Shown in pieces: positions 1-7,109 of a stretch of DNA of 13,085 nt. The translations under genes were made by a program, and so were the position numbers. The notes beneath the pieces are model-generated. The model saw only the letters and a program-made list of their open reading frames with translations, was not told the DNA's origin and made no database searches. The DNA lies in contig JBFEXS010000065.1 in NCBI GenBank assembly GCA_041562555.1, forward strand, positions 1 to 13,085. The letters are read 5' to 3'. Positions within the stretch are counted from its first letter, which is position 1, and every line of letters begins with the position of its first letter. Source of the DNA: Sulfurimonadaceae bacterium. GTDB taxonomy: Bacteria; Campylobacterota; Campylobacteria; Campylobacterales; Sulfurimonadaceae.

Positions 1-2
1 CT

Positions 3-350
3 GCGCTTATCGTAGTTGGTAACAAAAACGGTCAAGTCGGTTTTGGTTACGGAAAAGCGAAAGAGGTGCCTGATGCTATTAAGAAAGCAGTAGATGAAGC
101 GTTTAAAAACATTACTACTGTAAGTATCAAAGGTACGACTATTGCTCATGATATCGAAGAGAAGTTCAACGGATCTCGTATCATCATGCGTCCAGCATCT
201 GAAGGTACGGGTCTAATCGCGGGTGGTGCAATGCGTCCAGTTCTTGAACTTGCGGGATTCCAGGACATCCTAACTAAATCTATCGGATCAAACAACCCGT
301 CTACGGTTGTTCGTGCAACTATCAATGCACTTGATCGTTTAAAAGGATAA
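3..350 (+). CDS. rpsE: 30S ribosomal protein S5 (5'-truncated by window edge)
   Basis: Frame is open from base 3: [29 protein letters not shown]...[31 protein letters not shown], the uS5 signature. The ORF-track start at 66 is an internal GTG. Confidence 0.98.
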   Translation, partial: ALIVVGNKNGQVGFGYGKAKEVPDAIKKAVDEAFKNITTVSIKGTTIAHDIEEKFNGSRIIMRPASEGTGLIAGGAMRPVLELAGFQDILTKSIGSNNPSTVVRATINALDRLKG

Positions 351-353
351 GAG

Positions 354-752
354 ATGGCATTAGAAAATCTTTCACCGGCTGAGGGTTCAACTCACAGCCG
401 TAAGCGTGTAGGTCGTGGTCAAGGCTCGGGAATGGGTAAGACTTCTACACGTGGTCAAAAAGGTCAAAAGTCACGTACAGGTTACAAACGTAAGCGTAAC
501 TTCGAGGGTGGTCAACAACCTCTAGCGAAACGTTTACCAAAAATCGGTTTCTTCTCTCGCAAGATCAAACCATATGTAATCAACGTTGAGCGTGTTAAAG
601 CAGTAGCTGAACTTGATGAGATCACAATGGAATCTATCCGTGGTGTTCACAAACTTGCTAAATCAATTACTGCAGTAAAACTTGTTGGTGCATCAGCTAA
701 AGATCTTGCAGGCAAGATCAAAGATGAGAACGTAACAGTTACTGGAAAATAA
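354..752 (+). CDS. rplO: 50S ribosomal protein L15
   Basis: [26 protein letters not shown]...[17 protein letters not shown] uL15 motif; AAAGGA upstream; lies between rpsE and secY. Confidence 0.98.
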   Translation: MALENLSPAEGSTHSRKRVGRGQGSGMGKTSTRGQKGQKSRTGYKRKRNFEGGQQPLAKRLPKIGFFSRKIKPYVINVERVKAVAELDEITMESIRGVHKLAKSITAVKLVGASAKDLAGKIKDENVTVTGK

Positions 753-754
753 TT

Positions 755-2032
755 GTGAGTAAGTCTTTAGTAAATAAAATTCTTATTACTCTTGGCTTCT
801 TATTCCTATACCGTATGCTGGCATATGTGCCAGTACCGGGTGTGGATGTAGAGGTAATCAAATCTTTCTTCGACGATAACTCCAATAATGCACTTGGATT
901 ATTCAATATGTTCAATGGTAATGCTGCTGAACGTCTATCTATCATATCCCTTGGTATCATGCCTTATATCACGGCTTCAATCATCATGGAACTTCTTGCT
1001 GCTACATTCCCGGCACTTGGTCAGATGAAAAAAGAACGTGACGGTATGGTGAAATATATGCAGATCATTCGTTACGCAACTATTGCGATTACCATAGTAC
1101 AAGCAATTGGTGTATCTGTCGGACTTCAAAACTTGACAGGACCTGACGGTTCTTCGGCAATTATGGTTGCTAATATGAATGAGTTCTTACTTGTTGCTGC
1201 GGTTTCTATGCTTGCAGGGACAATGTTATTGATGTGGATCGGTGAGCAGATAACGCAAAGCGGTATCGGTAACGGTATCTCTTTGATCATCTTCGCAGGT
1301 ATTGTTTCATCAATCCCTTCGGCGATCGGTTCAACGGTAACACTGCTGAACACAGGTGGAATCAACTTCCTGATGGTCATTGGTATCGTTGCAGTCATCC
1401 TGATTACCGTAGGTGTGATTATCTACGTTGAACTGGGTGAACGCCGTGTGCCGATTACATACGCTAAAAAAGTGATGATGCAAAATCAGAACAAGCGTGT
1501 AATGAACTATATTCCGATCAAAGTAAACCTGTCCGGTGTTATCCCGGTAATCTTTGCTTCAGCGATCTTGATGTTCCCGGGAACTATTTTGTCTGGAAAT
1601 ATCACTGCTGATTCATCTCAGTTGATGAAAGACGTTGCGGATATTATGAATCCTAATTCATATTTCTTCAATGTATTTACATTTGTCTTTGTTGTCTTCT
1701 TTGCATACTTCTATGCATCGATCACTTTCAATGCAAAAGACATCTCTGAGAACCTGAAGCGTCAGGGTGGCTTTATCCCGGGTGTACGTCCGGGAGAACA
1801 TACAGCTGAGTTCTTGAATGAAACAGCAAGTCGTCTTACCTTTACCGGAGCGATATACCTAGGTCTGGTGGCAACACTTCCATGGGTTATCGTTAAGGGT
1901 ATGGGTGTCCCATTCTTTTTTGGTGGGACAGCAGTACTGATCGTTGTTCAAGTCGCATTGGATACAATGCGTAAAATTGAAGCTCAAGTTTATATGCAAA
2001 AATACGAAACACTTTCGGCGGTTGGTCTTTAA
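755..2032 (+). CDS. secY: Preprotein translocase subunit SecY
   Basis: Multi-TM 425 aa protein with SIISLGIMPYITASIIMELL, GIGNGISLIIFAGI and GGFIPGVRPG motifs; GTG start 2 nt after the rplO stop. Confidence 0.99.
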   Translation: MSKSLVNKILITLGFLFLYRMLAYVPVPGVDVEVIKSFFDDNSNNALGLFNMFNGNAAERLSIISLGIMPYITASIIMELLAATFPALGQMKKERDGMVKYMQIIRYATIAITIVQAIGVSVGLQNLTGPDGSSAIMVANMNEFLLVAAVSMLAGTMLLMWIGEQITQSGIGNGISLIIFAGIVSSIPSAIGSTVTLLNTGGINFLMVIGIVAVILITVGVIIYVELGERRVPITYAKKVMMQNQNKRVMNYIPIKVNLSGVIPVIFASAILMFPGTILSGNITADSSQLMKDVADIMNPNSYFFNVFTFVFVVFFAYFYASITFNAKDISENLKRQGGFIPGVRPGEHTAEFLNETASRLTFTGAIYLGLVATLPWVIVKGMGVPFFFGGTAVLIVVQVALDTMRKIEAQVYMQKYETLSAVGL

Positions 2033-2034
2033 CC

Positions 2035-2793
2035 ATGGCGATCGCGCTTCGTAAGCCAGAAGAAATTGAAAAACTTCGCGCCGCAAACAAGATTGTTGCC
2101 GGTGCTTTGAACCTTATGCGTGAAAATGCTGTTGTCGGTGCATCTTTGTCAGACTTAGATGCAATGGCAGAAGAGTATATACGCGCACAGGGTGCAAAAC
2201 CTTCATTCAAAGGCCTATACGGCTTTCCATCCTCTGTATGTACTTCTCTTAATGAGGTGGTAATTCACGGAATCCCTACAGATTATAAACTTCAAGACGG
2301 CGATATTATCGGATTCGATATCGGTTCGGAATATGAAGGGTATTTTGGTGATTCTGCGATTACAGTTCCTGTTGGAAATGTGACAAAAGAGGATGAAGAT
2401 TTGATTGCTTGTGCAAAAGATAGCCTCTATCATGCGATAGAGATTATTAAGCCGGGTATGCGTTTTAAAGAACTTTCTTTAGAACTCGAGCGTTTTATTA
2501 CGGGTCGTGGATATGTTCCATTGCGCAATTTTTGCGGCCATGGAATTGGTAAGAAGCCCCATGAAGCCCCTGAGATTCCAAACTATTTGGATGCACCTAA
2601 TCCAAAAGCGGGTCCAAAAATCAAAAATGGGATGGTTTTTTGTTTAGAACCTATGATATGCCAGAAAGATGGCCAACCTAAAATACTTGAGAATGGCTGG
2701 GACGTCGTCAGTGAAGATGGGTTACGTGCTTCACATTACGAGCATACTGTTGCTGTTATCAATGGTAAAGCAGAAATTCTCTCACAAATATAA
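2035..2793 (+). CDS. map: Methionine aminopeptidase, type I
   Basis: CTSLNEVVIHGIP, DIG..GYFGDSAIT, GHGIG..HE.P, FCLEPM and SHYEHTVAV motifs; follows secY. Confidence 0.98.
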   Translation: MAIALRKPEEIEKLRAANKIVAGALNLMRENAVVGASLSDLDAMAEEYIRAQGAKPSFKGLYGFPSSVCTSLNEVVIHGIPTDYKLQDGDIIGFDIGSEYEGYFGDSAITVPVGNVTKEDEDLIACAKDSLYHAIEIIKPGMRFKELSLELERFITGRGYVPLRNFCGHGIGKKPHEAPEIPNYLDAPNPKAGPKIKNGMVFCLEPMICQKDGQPKILENGWDVVSEDGLRASHYEHTVAVINGKAEILSQI

Positions 2794-2805
2794 AGGAAAG
2801 TAAAG

Positions 2806-3024
2806 ATGTCAAAAGCTGATGTTATTGAAGTAGACGGTAAGATTATCGAAGCACTTCCAAATGCGACATTTCGCGTTGAACTTGAAAACGGCCATGTTAT
2901 CTTATGTCATATCGCAGGTAAGATGCGTATGCACTATATTAAGATCCTACCGGGTGATAAAGTGAAACTTGAGCTTACACCATATAGCCTTGATAAGGGC
3001 CGTATTACATACCGTTACAAATAA
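2806..3024 (+). CDS. infA: Translation initiation factor IF-1
   Basis: 72 aa [69 protein letters not shown]. Confidence 0.99.
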   Translation: MSKADVIEVDGKIIEALPNATFRVELENGHVILCHIAGKMRMHYIKILPGDKVKLELTPYSLDKGRITYRYK

Positions 3025-3048
3025 TAGGAACCCATCTAAGGGTTTCTA
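3025..3048 (+). terminator. Hairpin directly after infA (possible terminator of the ribosomal operon)
   Basis: TAGGAACCC-ATCTAA-GGGTTTCTA is a 9-bp stem with one G-U pair; no clean U-tract follows. Confidence 0.5.
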
Positions 3049-3058
3049 CCTCTAATTC

Positions 3059-3067
3059 TGTTATACT
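3059..3067 (+). promoter_or_regulatory. Extended -10 promoter element for the desaturase
   Basis: TG-T-TATACT about 50 nt upstream of ATG 3116; fits the Campylobacterota sigma70 TGnTAnnnT pattern. Confidence 0.5.
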
Positions 3068-3115
3068 TTCAAAATTTAATTGATCCAAGCGGTCGTTTTA
3101 TTCACAAAGGTTATT

Positions 3116-4093
3116 ATGCAAACTAGACATTATACGAACGAAGAGTTTAACTATCTGTTTGCAGAACTGAAAGCAAAAATAAAAGCAGAGGGTCTTTATG
3201 CAAAGTGTCCCCGACGCGCGAGTTTTGAGTTTTTTATTGTAATCACTCTATTGGTACTCTCTCTCTATTCAGTTACACATTTCCATCCGATTATTACTAT
3301 TGTACTTTTTGCCACAACTATCATGCGTTCGACATTTGTGGCCCATGATCTTATTCATGGGCAATATTTTTCTTCACGTGAGACGAACAAGAGTATCTCT
3401 TACATATTTGCCAATGGGATCATGGGGATATCGCGTTCTTGGTGGGAGAATAAACATAATTTCCTGCATCATACCTATACGAATATTATTGGAAAAGATA
3501 TGGACATTGATGCCGCAGGCGGTGCCTTTACAAAAAAGTACCATTATCCTAAATGGTTTCATAACTATCAGCATATCCTTTTTTGGCCTCTGCTGAGTCT
3601 TTTGTATTTTGTCTTCTGGATACAGTCACTTAACTTTGTGATACGTAAAGGGTATTGGGGAGAGGTGGCAGGAATAGCAGTGAATGCATTGATTGCGGTA
3701 TATGTTGTATATTCGCTTGATATCAATACTGCACTTATTATTTTGCTGGGGATGTATATGTTGTGGGCTTCATGGTTTGGTGCAGTAATCATCACAAACC
3801 ATCTGGGACTTGAGATGTTCCCTGAAGAGGAATATAAGAATTTTACGTGGCTTGAACTTCAAAACAGGACTTCACGAAATGTGCGTGGAGGAAAGCTGAT
3901 CCATTGGTTCTACGGAGGATTGAATACTCAGGTAGAGCATCATCTTTACCCTAAAGCAGCCCGATTTTATCTACTGAAAGCGGCAGAGATTACAGAAGAG
4001 TTTTGTCGTGAACACGGGATAACCTATATCACAGCAACGCCTTGGGAAACCTATAAAGAGATCTATTATTATCTAAAAAACAATCGACCTTAG
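3116..4093 (+). CDS. Membrane-bound fatty acid (acyl-CoA/acyl-lipid) desaturase, front-end/delta-6-like family, no cytochrome b5 domain
   Basis: Three His boxes: HDLIH (3344-3358), HNFLHH (3455-3472) and QVEHH-LYP (3929-3943), with hydrophobic segments between them. ATG 3116 has AAAGG upstream and is preferred over TTG 3080. Confidence 0.9.
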   Translation: MQTRHYTNEEFNYLFAELKAKIKAEGLYAKCPRRASFEFFIVITLLVLSLYSVTHFHPIITIVLFATTIMRSTFVAHDLIHGQYFSSRETNKSISYIFANGIMGISRSWWENKHNFLHHTYTNIIGKDMDIDAAGGAFTKKYHYPKWFHNYQHILFWPLLSLLYFVFWIQSLNFVIRKGYWGEVAGIAVNALIAVYVVYSLDINTALIILLGMYMLWASWFGAVIITNHLGLEMFPEEEYKNFTWLELQNRTSRNVRGGKLIHWFYGGLNTQVEHHLYPKAARFYLLKAAEITEEFCREHGITYITATPWETYKEIYYYLKNNRP

Positions 4094-5092
4094 TCTATTA
4101 GCAGCATCTTGGGCCGAATTAAGAGCTCCTTCAAGGTATCCCCCCTCATCATAAGCTGTTTCTGTCCCGATAAAGATAAGCCTGCCATCAAAGTGATGCA
4201 GGTCAAGACCATATTGAGGATGCGTTGATAAACCTTTGTGATCTTCTTGTGTCGAGCTGAAGGATTCAGCTCTCCAATCCAGGCAATGAATAGCCGTTAT
4301 ATCATTTATTCTATCGGGAAAGATGCGCGCAATTTGCTGCTTGACAGCTGTTTCTAAATCAGGAGTGGAAAAATTAGAATGAACGAAACCGAAGAGTGCT
4401 GCTTTTTTTTCTGTACAGGCGTCATGAACCTCACTTAGAGGACCAAGTGGACTGTAGACAAATCCGCTTAGCCCTTCCATTCTCCAAAAAGCTTCTTTGA
4501 ACTCAATGACACATTTTCTACTGTATCCCATCCAGGTGGGTGTCTTTTTCATACTTTCTTGTATATTATGGGTCAGTTTGGGATGATAGATGATGTTCTC
4601 AAGTGCCAAACGGGGAGGAAGGGCACACAAAAGATAATCGCACTTGTATGAATGATCCAGGGTCTTTATAGATATCTTCGGATGAGTATAATCAAGTGAG
4701 AGGACTTCGGAATTCAGCTGAATTTCTGTCCGGGAAAGTCGCGCAGCAAGGGAACTGACAAGTTTATCCAAGCCACCTTTGAGTCTAAAAGATTCCCCTG
4801 TCGGGGGTGCTTGAAATCTTTGGACGCCCTGAGGGGCATCGTAGATAGCATATCCATGGGTATATTGGCTGAAGAGTGTCAAGCCAAGTTCTTGGATAAG
4901 TGCGCGGATATGTTGTTGGTGTGGCCAAATCCAGGAGGGGCCAAGATCATGGCCCTGATGTGTTAAAACACGTCCGCCTAGACGGTCTCGGGCTTCCAAA
5001 ACAGTTACATTGAAGAGGTCTTGCAGGAGATAGGCAGCATACAGGCCACTGAGTCCGCCTCCTATAATCGTTAGATCAGGCTTTTTTTTCAT
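4073..5092 (-). CDS. FAD-dependent oxidoreductase, flavin monoamine oxidase family
   Basis: N-terminal IIGGGLSGLYAA..VLEARDRLGGR Rossmann motif, DLGPSW, and C-terminal FIGTET..GGYLEGALNSA. Start placed at MKKKPD (5092), which overlaps the upstream stop; the ORF track extends to 5119. Confidence 0.88.
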   Translation of the reverse strand: MKKKPDLTIIGGGLSGLYAAYLLQDLFNVTVLEARDRLGGRVLTHQGHDLGPSWIWPHQQHIRALIQELGLTLFSQYTHGYAIYDAPQGVQRFQAPPTGESFRLKGGLDKLVSSLAARLSRTEIQLNSEVLSLDYTHPKISIKTLDHSYKCDYLLCALPPRLALENIIYHPKLTHNIQESMKKTPTWMGYSRKCVIEFKEAFWRMEGLSGFVYSPLGPLSEVHDACTEKKAALFGFVHSNFSTPDLETAVKQQIARIFPDRINDITAIHCLDWRAESFSSTQEDHKGLSTHPQYGLDLHHFDGRLIFIGTETAYDEGGYLEGALNSAQDAANRLRSIVF

Positions 5093-5432
5093 TCTGGATT
5101 CGCCGGATAAGGTGTTCAAGGTTATCTACATCAAAGCGGTAGTAAAGTTGTTGCAGAAGTTGGTTATAGCGGTTGCGATTAAAGTTTTTATAGGTGTCAT
5201 CTTTTAGGTCATCGTGTTGGATCAAGATCTCAAAAAGTGTATCTTTGTCTAGACGCGCATTAGTGTGTGTCATGATGAGATCGATGATCATTGTTTGAAG
5301 TTTTTCATGTTGGGATCGTGTATCCAGACCTTCAACCGGGGTATTGAAAAGAAAATAGACTTTATAAAAACCGATACCTGCTGCCGCAAGAAAGGCAATA
5401 AGCATCCAAAACTGTATTTCGTCTTTTGTCAT
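5076..5432 (-). CDS. Hypothetical protein with a single N-terminal transmembrane anchor
   Basis: FWMLIAFLAAAGIGFYKVYFLF hydrophobic segment followed by a soluble region. ATG 5432 lies 6 nt downstream of TATAAT; alternative start at 5450. Confidence 0.7.
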   Translation of the reverse strand: MTKDEIQFWMLIAFLAAAGIGFYKVYFLFNTPVEGLDTRSQHEKLQTMIIDLIMTHTNARLDKDTLFEILIQHDDLKDDTYKNFNRNRYNQLLQQLYYRFDVDNLEHLIRRIQNEKKA

Positions 5433-5463
5433 GGAGGAATTATACTCCATCCCTTGACAAAAG
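5423..5463. repeat. Interrupted inverted repeat between soxZ and the downstream ORF
   Basis: CTTTTGTCA(5423-31)/TGACAAAAG(5455-63) perfect 9 bp, plus inner TGGAG(5432-36)/CTCCA(5445-49); the loop carries TATAAT on the minus strand. Confidence 0.6.
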
Positions 5464-5470
5464 CAGATAA

Positions 5471-5773
5471 TTATTTGATTTTAGTAGAGGTTGTTTTGGT
5501 ATTCCCCTTTCGGTCTACCCAGGTCATCTCCAAAGTGTCTCCCTTGTTAGCTCCCTTGAACTGGAACTTGACGATAGGGTTTTTAGAAAGGAATTGACTG
5601 GTTGAGACCTCATATACAAGTTTTCCATTCACTGATGCCGTAATACGGGTGATAAAATTTGCGTTTTCTCTATCACCTGTTTTTTTGGCCGCCTGGTCAT
5701 ACGTTGTCATATCGTGTTTTGCCATTGCTTTGACTTTAACGATATCGCCTTTTAAAGTTGCTTTTACTTTCAT
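5471..5773 (-). CDS. soxZ: Thiosulfate oxidation carrier complex protein SoxZ
   Basis: VKVKAMAKHDM.., ANFITRITASVNGKLV, SQFLSKNPIVKFQF and WVDRKG SoxZ motifs; no signal peptide; directly downstream of soxY; AAAGGA RBS. Confidence 0.93.
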   Translation of the reverse strand: MKVKATLKGDIVKVKAMAKHDMTTYDQAAKKTGDRENANFITRITASVNGKLVYEVSTSQFLSKNPIVKFQFKGANKGDTLEMTWVDRKGNTKTTSTKIK

Positions 5774-5815
5774 GGTTCATCCTTTTGTTTAGTAGTTATC
5801 TGTATCCAAGACTTT

Positions 5816-6277
5816 TTATGGATCACATCCGCCAATGGCGACATCTAGTTGTTTTGTTCCCATGTACAACTTTCCATCCCTGCCTTCTACAATTGCTGTT
5901 ACAATCACCGGCTTCCCCTCAGATTTCAGTTTGATTTTCAAATCATAATTGATAATGGCCCCTTCATGTACAGTAAATGCTGCGACAGCTGCTTCAGGAT
6001 TGGCATCTTGAAAAACAGCGACGCTTTTTGCATCAATATCTGATTTGATATTGAAAGGTACGGAACCGCCATTTGCTGCAACATCTGGCATAGTAATCGT
6101 CACGCCCGAGTCAATTGTCTGGGATGTGCCGTACATTGCTGTAATGGCCTCATCTACTTTCGTTGCTGTCCATACCGTCGGTCTTGCTTGTCTATAATCT
6201 TGTGCATTTGCCGTAGGAACCAAGACAGCTACCGCTGCTAAAGCTCCCAGGCTTAAAAAGTTTCTTCTTTGCATCAT
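5816..6277 (-). CDS. soxY: Sulfur carrier protein SoxY (Tat-exported) with variant C-terminus GGCDP
   Basis: Tat signal QRRNFL...ANA; PDVAANGGSVP and FQDANP motifs; C-terminal V-A-I-G-G-C-D-P. Confidence 0.92.
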   Translation of the reverse strand: MMQRRNFLSLGALAAVAVLVPTANAQDYRQARPTVWTATKVDEAITAMYGTSQTIDSGVTITMPDVAANGGSVPFNIKSDIDAKSVAVFQDANPEAAVAAFTVHEGAIINYDLKIKLKSEGKPVIVTAIVEGRDGKLYMGTKQLDVAIGGCDP

Positions 6278-6284
6278 ATTTCCT

Positions 6285-6584
6285 TTATTGCTTCATATGT
6301 GAGATCTCGTCTGCCAAAGCAGTGATCTGTTGTTCGCTTAGATTAGCTACCTGACCTTTCATAAGCGCCTTCATCACTCCACCGTAACTGCCATCTTGAT
6401 ATCCTTTGAGTGCGGTGATAATATCTTCTTGACCCATCTCATTGATGACCCTGCTTTTTCCAAGGGCTGATTTTTCTCCTAAGGCTCCATGACAGCCAAC
6501 ACATTTCGTATATAGTTCAGCCCCTTCGGAGGCTATAAGTATCCCGCTGAGGGTGATCAGTGCAATCAGTATCTTTTTCATCAT
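6285..6584 (-). CDS. Monoheme class I cytochrome c (c553-like)
   Basis: Sec signal, GAELYTKCVGCHG (CxxCH), ALGKS, LKGYQDGSYGGVMKALMKGQV (candidate axial Met), LSEQQITALADEI; AAGGAG RBS. Confidence 0.92.
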   Translation of the reverse strand: MMKKILIALITLSGILIASEGAELYTKCVGCHGALGEKSALGKSRVINEMGQEDIITALKGYQDGSYGGVMKALMKGQVANLSEQQITALADEISHMKQ

Positions 6585-6605
6585 AAACTCCTTGATATAT
6601 AATTT

Positions 6606-6947
6606 TTAGCCACATGAGGGCACGTTGCCAGAATCACTTGCATATTCGATCGCAAAATCCTTTACATGCTGCAGTTTTTTCCATACTTTCGGATTGGAAA
6701 GTGTCTTCTTAGACTTTGGAAAACGTTCGGAAAACTCTTTTTTGAATGCTTCACCTTCATTCTCGAATAAGGCTCTCCATTCATCCTGTGTATGAAGTGT
6801 CGCAAACTTGACACCGTTCATCTTGAACTTTGATTTGAAGGTCTTTAAGTAAAACTTCTGACCTTTTTTTACATCTGCCATCAATGCAGATGAGCTGATA
6901 CTTCCAAGAAGTACGCTGATAAGTAAAATCTTTGCTAAGTTTCTCAT
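6606..6947 (-). CDS. Secreted Campylobacterota protein of the KGQK..HTQDEW..EYASDSGNVPSC type (often labelled 'cytochrome C'); no CxxCH
   Basis: Signal peptide ending ALMA; the only Cys is penultimate (VPSCG); AAAAGGA RBS. Family label is from recollection, not from a search. Confidence 0.75.
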   Translation of the reverse strand: MRNLAKILLISVLLGSISSSALMADVKKGQKFYLKTFKSKFKMNGVKFATLHTQDEWRALFENEGEAFKKEFSERFPKSKKTLSNPKVWKKLQHVKDFAIEYASDSGNVPSCG

Positions 6948-7002
6948 TTTGTATCCTTTTATTCATCTTGCTCTTAAAGACCTAAATCTTTTAAGATGTC
7001 TA

Positions 7003-7035
7003 ATAGTAAAAATTAATTGTGAAGCTATCGTGGAA
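7003..7035 (-). promoter_or_regulatory. Candidate activator-dependent promoter of the four-gene sox-variant operon
   Basis: Minus strand reads TTCCAC-N5-CTTCAC (11-bp period) upstream of TACTAT -10 (7008-7003). Confidence 0.4.
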
Positions 7036-7045
7036 ATTAATAAAG

Positions 7046-7058
7046 TGTAATTTACAAT
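7046..7058 (+). promoter_or_regulatory. Rubredoxin -10 box overlapped by a palindrome
   Basis: TGTAA-T-TTACA palindrome (7046-7056) overlaps TACAAT (7053-7058). Confidence 0.35.
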
Positions 7059-7109
7059 ATGGGAAGTTAGAACGTTTAGAATACATATATACCTAGAGAG
7101 GAGTTTGTG

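Noticed and set aside
739..2433. Minus-strand ORFs 739-960, 1126-1398, 1859-2086, 1893-2210, 2215-2433
   Set aside because: Antisense shadows of secY and map with no recognisable motifs.
3300..3795. ORFs 3300-3596(+), 3374-3574(-), 3568-3795(-)
   Set aside because: Out-of-frame or antisense to the desaturase; no motifs.
4403..5089. T8 homopolymers (4403-4410, 5082-5089) as phase-variation tracts
   Set aside because: Short A/T runs are common here, frames are intact, and Campylobacterota phase variation mostly uses longer G/C tracts.
5265..6966. ORFs 5265-5597(+), 5849-6043(+), 6781-6966(-)
   Set aside because: They overlap better-supported genes; the Cys richness of 5849-6043 is an antisense artefact of soxY.
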